From: Candidatus Fermentibacterota bacterium
Lineage (GTDB): Bacteria; JAFGKV01
Direction: 5' to 3'
Length of the DNA: 64,000 bases
Assembly: GCA_016928395.1 (NCBI GenBank)
Contig: JAFGKV010000096.1
Span: 1 to 64,000, forward strand
Shown here: positions 10,240 through 20,488 of the stretch, one piece after another
How positions within the stretch are numbered: position 1 is the first letter of the stretch
Layout: each line of letters starts with the position of its first letter
Position numbers and translations under genes: made by a program
Notes under the pieces: generated by a model
Told to the model about the DNA's origin: nothing
Databases searched by the model: none
What the model saw: the letters and a program-made list of their open reading frames with translations, nothing else

Positions 10240-10585
10240 CTCCCGCCTGCCACGATGGGAGAGACTCCATCGCCAACGAGACTTTGCCCAGCTCCGACAG
10301 CATGGTCGCCGCAAGGGAGGTCGGTATGTGGTGCTGCTGTGGGAGCCTTGGGATGCCGGCCGCGGCGTCGGATTCGCGGTGGGGCGGACGGTGGGGCCGG
10401 CCGTGGTGCGTTCCAAGGTTCGACGGCGTCTCCGGGAGGGCTACCGTCACCTCCGGGAATCGTTGAAGCCAGCCCATATGCTGTTTATCGCCCGTTCGGC
10501 GAGTTCTTCGGCAACAACGTCGGACATCGGCGCCGAGATGAGGCGCTTGTGCCACGAAGCAGGGCTATGGCATCCTCCGGAGTAG
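10232..10585 (+). CDS. rnpA: Ribonuclease P protein component
   Basis: [32 protein letters not shown] (RNR-motif variant) and synteny. Start uncertain (CTG 10232 or ATG 10199). Confidence 0.9.
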   Translation: MADSRLPRWERLHRQRDFAQLRQHGRRKGGRYVVLLWEPWDAGRGVGFAVGRTVGPAVVRSKVRRRLREGYRHLRESLKPAHMLFIARSASSSATTSDIGAEMRRLCHEAGLWHPPE

Positions 10586-10806
10586 CTGCGGCCGTGGCGC
10601 TGGTAATGCTGCGTGGGTACCGCGCCATCATGTCCCCTCTTCTGCCGCCAACATGCCGTTTTGTGCCAACCTGTTCTGCCTACGCAATTGAGAGTGTGGA
10701 GCGGTACGGCGCTCGCCGGGGCCTTGCCTTGGCCGCGCGTCGCCTCCTTCGATGTCACCCCTGGGGGCGGGCTGGGTATGACCCGGTGCCCGCCGATGAG
10801 GAATAG
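10567..10806 (+). CDS. yidD: Membrane protein insertion efficiency factor YidD
   Basis: [18 protein letters not shown]...[17 protein letters not shown]. Confidence 0.95.
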   Translation: MASSGVAAAVALVMLRGYRAIMSPLLPPTCRFVPTCSAYAIESVERYGARRGLALAARRLLRCHPWGRAGYDPVPADEE

Positions 10807-10809
10807 TCT

Positions 10810-12405
10810 GTGGAGAAACGGCTCGTCCTGTTTTTTGTGCTTGTTGCTGTCACGATGATCCTGTTTCAGCAGTTCGTGCAGCCTCCGCGGCAGCGTACTC
10901 CCTACGTAGTGGACGCGCCGGAGGACAGCGCGACCGCGGCATATTCACCTCCCGTCGAGCAACCTCCCCCGGAGCCGCTTCTGAGCGTACCAGATAGCGG
11001 GTTCATGGCGGGCATGGAGTCTGCACCTGCGGAGACGGCCACGGTGGCGACAGAGTATCTGTCACTTGACGTGGCATCGGTGGGAGCGACCATCGTCTCC
11101 TGTCGGCTGCCTGGGTTCCCGGAGAACAGCGGTGTCGCGGTATCGCTCTTCCCGGAGGACTATGCCGGCGCTTTGGGCATGACGGTGAATCGCGGCGGCA
11201 CCCAGGAGCTAGACGCACTGCCGTTCCGGATGGAGGTCCGCAGTTGGCCCGACAAGGAGACTGCCGCGCGGGTGGTGTGGAGTGCGAGAAGACCGGACGG
11301 CGCCTGGCTGCGCAAGACCCTCGATGTTCCCGCAACGGGGTATCGCTGCCTGCTCCGGCTGGAGAGCCGGGGGTTGAATCTGGCCGGTTTCAGCCTCAAG
11401 ATGCCGCCGGGCCTCCGCAGCACGGAGCGAAATGAGCGGGACGATCGTTCCTATTTTGCCGCGATGGCCGGAATTGCGGGGCAAACCTGGAAGCAGCAAC
11501 CCGGAAAGCTTAAGGGAGCTTCGGCCAGCATCGAGGGCCCCATGAGCTGGGCGGGACTGCGCACCAAGTACTTCATCGCTGCTTTAGTTCCTGATTCGTC
11601 TGCATGGCACCGGGTCTCCACCGTCCCAGGAAGCACACCAGAGAGCATCGGGCTTACGGCGGAGGGAGTGGCGCCGGGTGGAGCGATGAACGCGCGCTAC
11701 TCCCTCTACCTCGGCCCTCTGGACTACGATGAACTGGCGCCTTTGGGCGGCGGCATCGTCAATGCCGTCGAGATGGGGAACCGCTACCTGCGCCCCATAG
11801 GGCGCTTGGTGCTGCTCTTCCTTACGTCGGTGAGCAAAGTGGTCCCGAACTACGGCCTCGTCATCATCCTGTTCGCCGTGGCTATGAAGGTGCTGCTCCA
11901 TCCGCTCACGTTGACGTCTACACGCTCCATGCAGAGGATGCAGGAACTCCAGCCAAAACTCGCTGCCATCAAGGAGAAGTACAAGAACAACCCCCAGAAG
12001 CAGCAACAGGAAACCATGAAGCTGTACAAGGAGCATGGCGTGAACCCGGTGGGCGGATGCCTGCCCATGCTGTTGCAGATGCCCATCTTTTTCGCCATGT
12101 ATCCCGTGTTGCGCTCCTCGATTCACCTTCGGGGAGCAACCTTCATCCCTGGACTGGTGGGCGATCTCTCACAACCGAATCCGATCTTGCCGATCCTCAT
12201 GGGCATCACCCAATTCATCAGCGGCAAGATGATGGCGACGGACAAGCAGAACAAAGCGTTGGCGTACATCATGCCAATTTTCATGACGTACATTTTTTTC
12301 CAGTTACCGTCGGGCCTCGTGCTCTATTGGCTCACCTTCAATATGCTCCAGATCGGGCAGCAAGTGTGGCAGAAGCGACGAGCCGCGGCAAGACAGGCGT
12401 CCTGA
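10810..12405 (+). CDS. yidC: Membrane protein insertase YidC (with periplasmic domain)
   Basis: NYGLVIILF, SMQRMQELQPKL, GVNPVGGCLPMLLQMPIFFA, PSGLVLYW. Confidence 0.96.
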   Translation: MEKRLVLFFVLVAVTMILFQQFVQPPRQRTPYVVDAPEDSATAAYSPPVEQPPPEPLLSVPDSGFMAGMESAPAETATVATEYLSLDVASVGATIVSCRLPGFPENSGVAVSLFPEDYAGALGMTVNRGGTQELDALPFRMEVRSWPDKETAARVVWSARRPDGAWLRKTLDVPATGYRCLLRLESRGLNLAGFSLKMPPGLRSTERNERDDRSYFAAMAGIAGQTWKQQPGKLKGASASIEGPMSWAGLRTKYFIAALVPDSSAWHRVSTVPGSTPESIGLTAEGVAPGGAMNARYSLYLGPLDYDELAPLGGGIVNAVEMGNRYLRPIGRLVLLFLTSVSKVVPNYGLVIILFAVAMKVLLHPLTLTSTRSMQRMQELQPKLAAIKEKYKNNPQKQQQETMKLYKEHGVNPVGGCLPMLLQMPIFFAMYPVLRSSIHLRGATFIPGLVGDLSQPNPILPILMGITQFISGKMMATDKQNKALAYIMPIFMTYIFFQLPSGLVLYWLTFNMLQIGQQVWQKRRAAARQAS

Positions 12406-12426
12406 GGGCGGAAGGGAGAGGGCTGA

Positions 12427-13350
12427 ATGGAACGATTCGAGCAAACAGGCAAGTCAGTTGAGGATGCGCTTCGGGCCGTTGAGGAACGCATCGGGCGGCC
12501 GCTTCGGCAGGAGGAGTATCAGATAGTCGACGTGGGAAGCCGGGGCGTGTTGGGTCTCATCGGCGCGAAGCCCGCTGTCTTGGCGGTGTGGCTCAGGGAG
12601 GGCGCCGGCCCGGTCGGAAGCAGTGATAGCGCCGCGGTGGAGGAGTGGGCGGTATCCTCCGCGGAGCTGCTCTTGCGACACATGGGGTTGGGCGCCCATG
12701 CGACCGCGTCCATTCAGGATGACTGCCTCCAGGTCGATCTGGAGATGAGTGATGAAGACGGTGGCATTCTCATCGGCCGGCGCGGCGCCACGTTGGATGC
12801 GTTCCAGCATGTGGTGCGGCGGATGGTCGAACGCCAGGCTGGCGAGCCTGTGGCCGTGGTGGTTGATGTGGGCGGGTACCGGGAGCGACGGCGCGAAGCT
12901 TTGGTCCAGAAAGCCTTACGCATCGCGGATCAGGTGAAGCGCAGCGGCCGGCAGGTCACCATGGACCCCATGCCGCCGGGAGAACGGCGGGCAGTGCACA
13001 TGGCATTGAAGCCCGACAGAGGCATCACCACCTATTCGGTGGGCCAAGAGCCAGACCGCAAGGTGGTCATCGCCGCAGCCGAGGGGGGCCGGCAGCGACA
13101 AAGGCGGCGGCCCGAAAGAGAACACGGCGACCGGCCTCGGGATGCGGCACCGGTGGAGCGCGAGTTCCCCCGGCATGACGCTGACGAGGACATGGAGAAC
13201 CACGAGTCGTTTTCCATGCCGTCCGATCGTCCCTCTGCCATCGAGGAAGTGGCGCCACCTGAGACCATGGTGTACGGCCGCCGCCGGCTGTATCGCAAGG
13301 CGAGAAACCGACCGACCAAGCCAGTGAACAACGGGCTTGATTCGCAGTAG
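12427..13350 (+). CDS. jag: RNA-binding protein Jag/KhpB (Jag_N, KH, R3H)
   Basis: TGKSVEDAL, KH motif LIGRRGATLDAFQ, R3H motif ERRAVH. Confidence 0.92.
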   Translation: MERFEQTGKSVEDALRAVEERIGRPLRQEEYQIVDVGSRGVLGLIGAKPAVLAVWLREGAGPVGSSDSAAVEEWAVSSAELLLRHMGLGAHATASIQDDCLQVDLEMSDEDGGILIGRRGATLDAFQHVVRRMVERQAGEPVAVVVDVGGYRERRREALVQKALRIADQVKRSGRQVTMDPMPPGERRAVHMALKPDRGITTYSVGQEPDRKVVIAAAEGGRQRQRRRPEREHGDRPRDAAPVEREFPRHDADEDMENHESFSMPSDRPSAIEEVAPPETMVYGRRRLYRKARNRPTKPVNNGLDSQ

Positions 13351-13407
13351 CAGGCGCCCCGTCACGGGACATTCCACCAGAATGGGGCCAGCGTCAGGAG
13401 CGTGACT

Positions 13408-14892
13408 ATGTGTGATACCGGGCGGATACATCAGGAGATAGAGGAGGGGATTTCGCGGGTCATGGATCAAGGCGCATCATATGCCGATGTGCGATTTCAC
13501 CCCGAGGACGTCTCCGAGTCTTTGGTCATGTATGACGGCAATCTGGAGAACAATGAGACCCTCCAGCAATCAGGTCTCGGCGTGCGCGTCCTCTGGGGAG
13601 GCGCGTGGGGCTTCGCGGCCTCCAGCGACCTGTGCCGCATCGGTGAGTGCTTCGCGCGCAGCCTGGCCAATGCGCGCACGGCAGCCTCTCTGGTGGCCCT
13701 GCCGCTGGACATGGGGCGCATGAGCCCCCACCGCAGCGCCTTCGCATCGCCCGTGGAGATCGATCCGTTTTCCGTCCCTGTGGGAGAACGCGTCGGCCTG
13801 CTCCGCCGCATGGACGAACAGATCAGTGAGGATTGGATCCAGCGGCGCATCGTGGCGGCCGCGACTCAGAAGAAGACAGTGCAGTTCTGGAACAGCGAGG
13901 GGACATTCGTCGAGAAGAAGCTCACCAATGTGTTCGGTACCATCATGATCATGGCGGCGGACAAAGACGGCCAGATGCAGCGCCGCAGTCATGACCTGTA
14001 CACCCGGGGTTCGGGTACCCGTGGCTGGGAGATGATCGCCGATGACGAATTGTTTGGTGGTCATGCCCAGCGGGTGAAGCGCGAACTGGCCGACCTGCTG
14101 CCCGCCGAGGCTCTGGATCACGGCCGGCGCTCGGTGATCCTACTCCCGGGCCAGGCCTGGCTTCAGGTGCACGAGACCATCGGCCATCCCCTGGAGCTGG
14201 ACAGGATCTTGGGATATGAGCTGTCCTACGCAGGCGGATCGCTGGTGACGCCCAATGACATCGGGACCCTGCGCTACGGCAGCGAGAAGCTCAACGTGAG
14301 TTCCTTCGGCGGCATCGCCAATTCGCCGGGCTCCTTCGGGTTCGACGATGACGGCACGCCGGAGCGGGACTATATGCTTATCGATAAGGGCATCTTGGTC
14401 AATGTCCTGTCCTCCAGGGCCATGGTCAACGAAGTGAACGAGGTCGCAGGCCGCCAAGTAGTAAGGGAGAGCGGCGGCGCGGCGCGGGCCAGCTCCTTCT
14501 ATCGCGCACCACTGGAGCGCATGACCAATGTGAACATCGTGCCGGGTGACGACGGGACGCTGGAGGATATCGTGGCATCCACTGAAGACGGTATCATCGT
14601 GGACACGCCGACCTCCTGGTCTATCGGCTCCAACCGGGAGCACTTCCATTTCGGGTGCGAGATCGCCTGGGAGGTCAAGAACGGCCGGCGGACCCGCGTG
14701 CTGCGGAATCCTACGTATCAGGGCCATACCGTCGAGTTCTACAACTCGCTGGATGCGGTGGGTGACGCCTCGACATGGCGCGTGCACCAAGTCGAGAACT
14801 GCGGCAAGGGCGAACCGAACCAGATCATGCAGCTTGGGCATGGAGTACCCGTTATCCGATTCCAAAACGTCGAGAGCGGGGAGAAGGAGTAG
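13408..14892 (+). CDS. tldD: TldD-family metalloprotease, catalytic subunit
   Basis: GLGVRVLWGGAWGFA, HETIGH metal motif, FGFDDDG, RMTN, CGKG. ATG lies 7 nt after AGGAG. Confidence 0.9.
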   Translation: MCDTGRIHQEIEEGISRVMDQGASYADVRFHPEDVSESLVMYDGNLENNETLQQSGLGVRVLWGGAWGFAASSDLCRIGECFARSLANARTAASLVALPLDMGRMSPHRSAFASPVEIDPFSVPVGERVGLLRRMDEQISEDWIQRRIVAAATQKKTVQFWNSEGTFVEKKLTNVFGTIMIMAADKDGQMQRRSHDLYTRGSGTRGWEMIADDELFGGHAQRVKRELADLLPAEALDHGRRSVILLPGQAWLQVHETIGHPLELDRILGYELSYAGGSLVTPNDIGTLRYGSEKLNVSSFGGIANSPGSFGFDDDGTPERDYMLIDKGILVNVLSSRAMVNEVNEVAGRQVVRESGGAARASSFYRAPLERMTNVNIVPGDDGTLEDIVASTEDGIIVDTPTSWSIGSNREHFHFGCEIAWEVKNGRRTRVLRNPTYQGHTVEFYNSLDAVGDASTWRVHQVENCGKGEPNQIMQLGHGVPVIRFQNVESGEKE

Positions 14893-14895
14893 GCC

Positions 14896-16266
14896 ATGTT
14901 GGACACGCACACCAGAGAAGTCCTCACGGGCGTCATCGATGATGCTCGCCACAAGGGCATTCAGGCCTCACTTCTCCTGCACCGGGAGCGAAGCCATCTC
15001 CTGCGGATCGGCAACAGCTCGGTGTCGCTGAACACCAGCGAGTCGCTGACCAGGCTCAAGGCCCGAGTGGTGGACGGTAGGCGCGAGGCAACTCACACGT
15101 ATCTGGGCGAGCTGGGCACCGACGACGCGCGGGAGACACTAGAGGCAGCCGTGGCCAAGGTCCGCGAGGCGCCCGAGCGTGATTTCGAGCCGATCTTGGA
15201 GCATGTGGACGAGACAGTGATACAGGAGGATCAATACGATCCGGCTCTGGCCGAGCTGGATGGGACGTCGAAAGCCGCAGGCTATGCGCGCATCATGCGG
15301 GAGATCGGCCCGTCGGTGACCTACTCAGGGGCCTGGTCCAGCGGTGCCACGGAAACCTACCTGCTCTCCACCGCTTCCGAAGCCGAGGCCTACCATCGCT
15401 GCACTGATCAGCAATTCTCCGTGGTGCTCAAACACCCGGCCGCCGAGTGGGAACTACGCACCGATGACACCGGATGGCGGGTCCTTGACTTCTCGGCAGA
15501 GCGGTCCATCGCGGAGATCCGACGTCTGCTCCCGGTCTACGAGAGCCGAGACGGCATCAAGATCGAGCCCGGGCAGTACACCGTGCTGTTTGGCGCCCAG
15601 GCTCTGGCCGAGATCCTCGGGATGGCGCTGTGGACGGGGCTCTACGGCCGTATGTACGAGGAGAAGCAGGGATGGACCGCGCATCACAAGGAGGGCGACC
15701 GGGTTTTCGGCGCCAACATCAGTATCACGGACGATCCTGAGGACGCGAATACCTTCCGCTATGGTTTCGATCTGGGCGGTATGCGCCGCGGGCGCTATCC
15801 GCTACTGGAGCACGGCCGCATCGCGGGCTTCATGTACGACATAGAGACCGCGGCCAAGTACAAGCGGCCCCTGACCGGGCACACGACCCAGACCATGAGC
15901 GTGGTGATGGACGGCGGCGACGGCGCGGCCGACCCTCTTGCCGCCGTTGCGGATCGTGCGCGGGTGCTCTGGATTCCGGCCCTGCATTACATGAACGTGC
16001 CCAGCAGAGCCAAGGGTCTCTTCACCGGCAGCTCGCGGTTCAGCGCGGTGGTGGTGGAGCGAGGCCGGATTGTCGCGCCGCTGTTCTCCAGCCGCGTCAC
16101 GGAGAGCTTCGAGAACGTGTTCAACAACCTGTCGGTGCTATCGCGTGAGCAAATCTCGGTGAATCTGTCCGATACCTACGGCCAACGGGCCCCGGTCGCC
16201 TGGAGCGTTCCCTCCTACGCCGTGGCCGACGGCATCCACATCACCGACACTGCCGATTCGTTCTAG
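14896..16266 (+). CDS. TldE/PmbA-like partner subunit of TldD
   Basis: Follows tldD directly. IEPGQYTVLF, ISITDDP and GFDLGG are present, and there is no HExxxH motif. Confidence 0.8.
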   Translation: MLDTHTREVLTGVIDDARHKGIQASLLLHRERSHLLRIGNSSVSLNTSESLTRLKARVVDGRREATHTYLGELGTDDARETLEAAVAKVREAPERDFEPILEHVDETVIQEDQYDPALAELDGTSKAAGYARIMREIGPSVTYSGAWSSGATETYLLSTASEAEAYHRCTDQQFSVVLKHPAAEWELRTDDTGWRVLDFSAERSIAEIRRLLPVYESRDGIKIEPGQYTVLFGAQALAEILGMALWTGLYGRMYEEKQGWTAHHKEGDRVFGANISITDDPEDANTFRYGFDLGGMRRGRYPLLEHGRIAGFMYDIETAAKYKRPLTGHTTQTMSVVMDGGDGAADPLAAVADRARVLWIPALHYMNVPSRAKGLFTGSSRFSAVVVERGRIVAPLFSSRVTESFENVFNNLSVLSREQISVNLSDTYGQRAPVAWSVPSYAVADGIHITDTADSF

Positions 16267-16329
16267 TCGGAGCCCGCAGGACTGTGTTCGATACGGGCCG
16301 GCACTGGCGCGCCCGTGTGGTACGTCCGG

Positions 16330-16358
16330 TTGACGGGAGGTCCTCCGGCTCATAGACT
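16330..16358 (+). promoter_or_regulatory. Putative sigma70 promoter upstream of 16438
   Basis: TTGACG-N17-TAGACT, with AAGGAGG before the GTG at 16438. Confidence 0.6.
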
Positions 16359-16437
16359 GCCCCAGGTGCGTTTTCTGTGACGGGGGCCCCGCCACACCGA
16401 ATGGGCGCCTGGTTGGCACAGCAAAGGAGGGCACTCC

Positions 16438-17970
16438 GTGAGGCTACCTGGAAAGCGATCGTCCGCTGCTCCACCCCCGCGATCCGACCCGGCGGAGGAG
16501 GCGGTGCACGGAGCGTTCCGTTCCTTTCCCGATCCGTTCCTGATAATAGAGCAGGATTCCTACCGAGTAATCGCCGCTAATGCCAAGGCTCGCGATCAGG
16601 CGCCCGCCGCGGCAGTCACATGCCACGAGATGTTGTGGGGATTGCAGGCCCGCTGCCAAGGCCAACAGTGTCCTGTGGATTACGTGATGGCGACATGGAT
16701 TCCCATGCGGGCTGAACGAGCCGTGACCAGGGATGACGGCAGTACGCGCGTCTTCGAGGTGCAGGCCTTTCCCATCAGGGAGGTCATTGGCGATGTGCGC
16801 TTCATTGCGCTGATCACGGCCGATATCACCGACCGTAAGAAGGAAGAACACTCGGCGGTCTCCGGTGAGCATTTCAGGGCGGTGGGTGAACTGGCTGGTG
16901 CGGCCGCGCACAGATTCAACAACCTGCTGCAGGTGGTGGTCGCCGGGGCCCAGATGGCGCTGGCCGATCTTGAGGCCGGGGATACGGCCCTGGTCCGTGA
17001 TGCCCTCGAGGATATCCTCACCAGCATCGGCAAAGGACAGAATGCTGTCATGGGCCTGTTAGACGTCGCCCGGGCCGGCTCCGATGCCGCGTCGCCAGAG
17101 GCGGTGCTGTGCGATCTATCGGTTGCTGTCGGCCAGGCCATCAGCGTCTTGTCCCCTTCGTGGAGAGACGAAGGTCAGGCCGGCGTCCCCCGGACAAGAC
17201 TGAATGAGGCTCTGTCTTCCGGATGCGTGGTGCGGGCTACGAAGCGCGAATTGCTGGAATTGGCCACAGGTCTAGTACGCCATGCAATGGGCGCGGCCCC
17301 GGAGGGAAGCGTCGTGCGGGTTGCCACGGCAACCCTCGATGGTGCGGTGGTTCTCACCGTCTCTCACCCGGGCGAGCCCGATGACAACCAGCCCTTACGG
17401 GGATCAAGCATGCCCATGGAAGGCGGCCAATGGATGCCGACTGAGCTGGCCGCCGTGCATCTCATCGCGGAGCGTTTGGGTGGAAGTCTTACAGTCGGCA
17501 GCGCCGATATCGAAGGGTCTTCCTACGTCGTGCGCCTGCCTTCGACAGGCAGCCACCTTTCGGAGGACGGTACGTTCAGCGAGGTGGAGCCACTTTCCCT
17601 GCTACTGATTGACGATAATCCAGAGGTGCTAGCGGCTCTGGAAGACGGACTGCGCCGAGCGGATCAGATGGTTGTGACCGCACCCTCCGGACGAGCCGGG
17701 CTTCAGATACTTCGGAGCAGGCAGGTGGATGCCGTCGTGTGTGATTTCCTCATGCCCGAGATGGATGGCCTCGACGTGGGCCGGGAGATCGCCGAGATCT
17801 TCCGGGACCGCGGTGGCACGAAGCCTCCCTTCGTCCTGCTGACGGGATGGCTCAGCGAGCGGGAACGCAGCAGAATCGAGGCGGCCGAGGTCGATCGCAT
17901 CCTACAGAAGCCCTTGGAACCCGCGAGGCTCCTGGGGGTGATCCGGCAGCTCATCGAGTCCCGCCAGTAG
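16438..17970 (+). CDS. PAS - degenerate histidine kinase - receiver hybrid (probable pseudokinase)
   Basis: PAS (DITDRK), H-box AAHRFNNLL, eroded N/G1/G2 boxes and an intact receiver (LIDD, CDFLMP, LTG, QKP). Confidence 0.8.
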   Translation: MRLPGKRSSAAPPPRSDPAEEAVHGAFRSFPDPFLIIEQDSYRVIAANAKARDQAPAAAVTCHEMLWGLQARCQGQQCPVDYVMATWIPMRAERAVTRDDGSTRVFEVQAFPIREVIGDVRFIALITADITDRKKEEHSAVSGEHFRAVGELAGAAAHRFNNLLQVVVAGAQMALADLEAGDTALVRDALEDILTSIGKGQNAVMGLLDVARAGSDAASPEAVLCDLSVAVGQAISVLSPSWRDEGQAGVPRTRLNEALSSGCVVRATKRELLELATGLVRHAMGAAPEGSVVRVATATLDGAVVLTVSHPGEPDDNQPLRGSSMPMEGGQWMPTELAAVHLIAERLGGSLTVGSADIEGSSYVVRLPSTGSHLSEDGTFSEVEPLSLLLIDDNPEVLAALEDGLRRADQMVVTAPSGRAGLQILRSRQVDAVVCDFLMPEMDGLDVGREIAEIFRDRGGTKPPFVLLTGWLSERERSRIEAAEVDRILQKPLEPARLLGVIRQLIESRQ

Positions 17971-18021
17971 CGGCGCCGTGCTCACCGCGCCATCCGAAGT
18001 GCGCGGAACCTGGGGAGGAGA

Positions 18022-20271
18022 TTATCCCGGTGTTGCCGTGGCCTCGTCGACAAACTCGGGGTACAGTTTCTTCATGCATTCCGGACAGATTCCGTGGGTG
18101 AACTCGGCCTCGGATCGTTGATGGATGTATGTTTCCACCTTCTCCCAGTAACCGGTGTCGTCACGAATGCGTTTGCAGCTTGAGCAGATGGGAAGGAGGC
18201 CGCTCAGTGTCTTGACCTTCGCCAGGGCGGTTCTCAGCTCCCCTATCAGCCGCTCGCGTTCCTGCTCCGCCGTCTTTCGCTCCGAGATGTCCCACACGTA
18301 GGATCGAGTCCCGACGACCTTGTTGCCCTCCCTGAGCTCTATGGCATCCACCTCCAGGTGGATGGGGAGACGGTCCTTGCGGATCCCCATGAACTCGTAG
18401 TGGGAGAAAGGCGTCATTCCCTGTACACGTCTTCTGTGCTGGGTCAGCACCCGGTCGAGTTCCCGTGGATGCACAATGGTCTCGATGGTCTGGCGGCTCA
18501 TCTCTTCGCGGGAGTAACCGAACATCTGGGCAAAGGTGTCGTTGAAGTAGCGGAACGTCCCCTTCGGGTCGTCGATGAGGATTCCGATGCGTGCCCTTTC
18601 CACCAGGTCACGGAAGCGTTCCTCCGACCCGCGGAGTGCCTCGGTCACGTCCCACCGTTCTACCCGGCGGGCAATCCGTCCGGCGACCTCTTCCAGCAAC
18701 CTGATCTCCTCCCGGAGGAAGGGGTCGCCGGCGCCAGGTGGCGGTTCAACCACGTAGCAGACTTCCACCCGGCCTTCAGTGGTCCCCGCTACCACCAGGG
18801 GAGACTCCATGCGCCATGCCGATCGCCGGAAGTCGGGCGTAGCCGCGGTCTCATCTCGGAGCGAAATACACGCAGCCGCGATCTCGGGAAATTGCATGCC
18901 GGCAGGGATTGCCTCCACCGCCGCGAACAGCAGGGCCGCCAGGGATCCTTCCGCGCGGCCGAGCGCAGTTGACACCGCGGAGAGGCAGTTGAGTTCCTTC
19001 ACACGCTCGGTGAGTTCAACAGCGAGACGTTCCCGCTCCTGCTCCGCCCGCTTGAGGTCCGTGATATCCCGGATCACGCCGTTCATGCGCCGCACGACCC
19101 CATCGGCATCGAACTCCAAATCGATGCGGTCGCTGACCCATCGCGTCCTCCCGTCTCTGGTGATAATCCGGTAGTCGACCTGGTGGGGCCCAGGATCGCC
19201 AGGTTTCCGGAAGCACGCGTAGAGGAAGCGATAGACCCGGGCGGCGTCTTCGGGATGAATGACCCGGCGCGTGTGGCGAAGTGGGTTTCCGGTCAGGTAA
19301 TCCCTGGGGTAGCCTGTCAGCCGTTCAAAAGCAGGGCTGATGAAGTCGTAGCGGTTGGTGGGGACGTCATACCGGTAGATGACATCGCTGACGATCTCAA
19401 CGAATCTACGAAGTGACTCCTCGGCCTTGACCAGTGCCTCACGGGCGGCCCTCGGCGCAGTGATATCCTCGGCGGTCCCCTCGATGAATCGGGTCGTGCC
19501 GTCCGCGGCGAGTACTATGCGTGCGCTCTCTCGAACCCAGACTGTACGGCCATCAAGACAGCGCCACTGGGTTTCGAAGGCGTGGACGATTCCGTCCTGA
19601 TGCAGTAGCTCGAGAAAGCACATCCGCTCCCCGGGATCGGCGTAGCCCCCAGCCGCGCTCTGCGTCACGAGATCCTCCGGACAGGAGTACCCCAGTATCT
19701 CGCTGAGGACCCTATTCACGTAGAGGATCCGACCTTCTAACGTCGTGCGGTAGAGGCCCACGGGAAGATTGTCCGCCAACTGGCGGAATCGATCTTCCGC
19801 GACCCCCAGCGCGCGGGCGGCACGGACCTCGTCGGACACGTCTTCAGAGACGACGACAATCTCTCCAGACGGAAGGGGGTATACCCGATGCTTCACCCAG
19901 TGATCAACGGAAACGCTGGCGTAGCAAGCCGGCCCGTGAACGCGTGGGTCTTTAGCTTTGTGAACCTCCCGCAGCACGGCCAACAGCCCCGATCCGGCCA
20001 CGGCGGGGAGCACTTCGGTCAGACGCCTGCCGACTGCGTCTTCCCTGGGGATCCCGCTGATGCGCTGCCCAGCGGGGTTGATGCTCTTGATGAGGAAGTC
20101 GTCGCCGTCATCGACGGCAGCATAGATGGTAACACCGCCACTCATGTGCTCAATGAGTGCCCGGTAGGCAGCTACCTCGCGCTCCAAGGCCTCATCGCGA
20201 GTACCAGCATCTCTTTCCCGCGTCGTTGGCCGCGCTCCAGGGCTGCCCGCGCGGTTTCGAGGAGACTTCAT
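18022..20271 (-). CDS. Multi-PAS/GAF-like sensor protein with C-terminal Cys/His-rich domain, no kinase
   Basis: Four PAS/PAC modules (EDVS, EDIT, RDIT, WDIS). C-terminus LPICSSCKRIRDDTGYW...FTHGICPEC. Confidence 0.85.
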   Translation of the reverse strand: MKSPRNRAGSPGARPTTRERDAGTRDEALEREVAAYRALIEHMSGGVTIYAAVDDGDDFLIKSINPAGQRISGIPREDAVGRRLTEVLPAVAGSGLLAVLREVHKAKDPRVHGPACYASVSVDHWVKHRVYPLPSGEIVVVSEDVSDEVRAARALGVAEDRFRQLADNLPVGLYRTTLEGRILYVNRVLSEILGYSCPEDLVTQSAAGGYADPGERMCFLELLHQDGIVHAFETQWRCLDGRTVWVRESARIVLAADGTTRFIEGTAEDITAPRAAREALVKAEESLRRFVEIVSDVIYRYDVPTNRYDFISPAFERLTGYPRDYLTGNPLRHTRRVIHPEDAARVYRFLYACFRKPGDPGPHQVDYRIITRDGRTRWVSDRIDLEFDADGVVRRMNGVIRDITDLKRAEQERERLAVELTERVKELNCLSAVSTALGRAEGSLAALLFAAVEAIPAGMQFPEIAAACISLRDETAATPDFRRSAWRMESPLVVAGTTEGRVEVCYVVEPPPGAGDPFLREEIRLLEEVAGRIARRVERWDVTEALRGSEERFRDLVERARIGILIDDPKGTFRYFNDTFAQMFGYSREEMSRQTIETIVHPRELDRVLTQHRRRVQGMTPFSHYEFMGIRKDRLPIHLEVDAIELREGNKVVGTRSYVWDISERKTAEQERERLIGELRTALAKVKTLSGLLPICSSCKRIRDDTGYWEKVETYIHQRSEAEFTHGICPECMKKLYPEFVDEATATPG

Positions 20272-20488
20272 CCTCCGTTATCCTCCGCTCTTCGGCTGGG
20301 CACCAGCGTAAGACGACGCGGGTGCGAGACTCTGGCCACACACATCCCGCGGACGCACCGGGGCCAGGGGAGCCCCCGCCACGACGATCAGGGAGGGGAT
20401 CCTTGACGCGGGCCTGAAAGGCACTGACCTTATGCCCCGCGCGTTAGTACGGTACGATTCAGGCCTCCGCATTAGTGAACGGGGTCCC

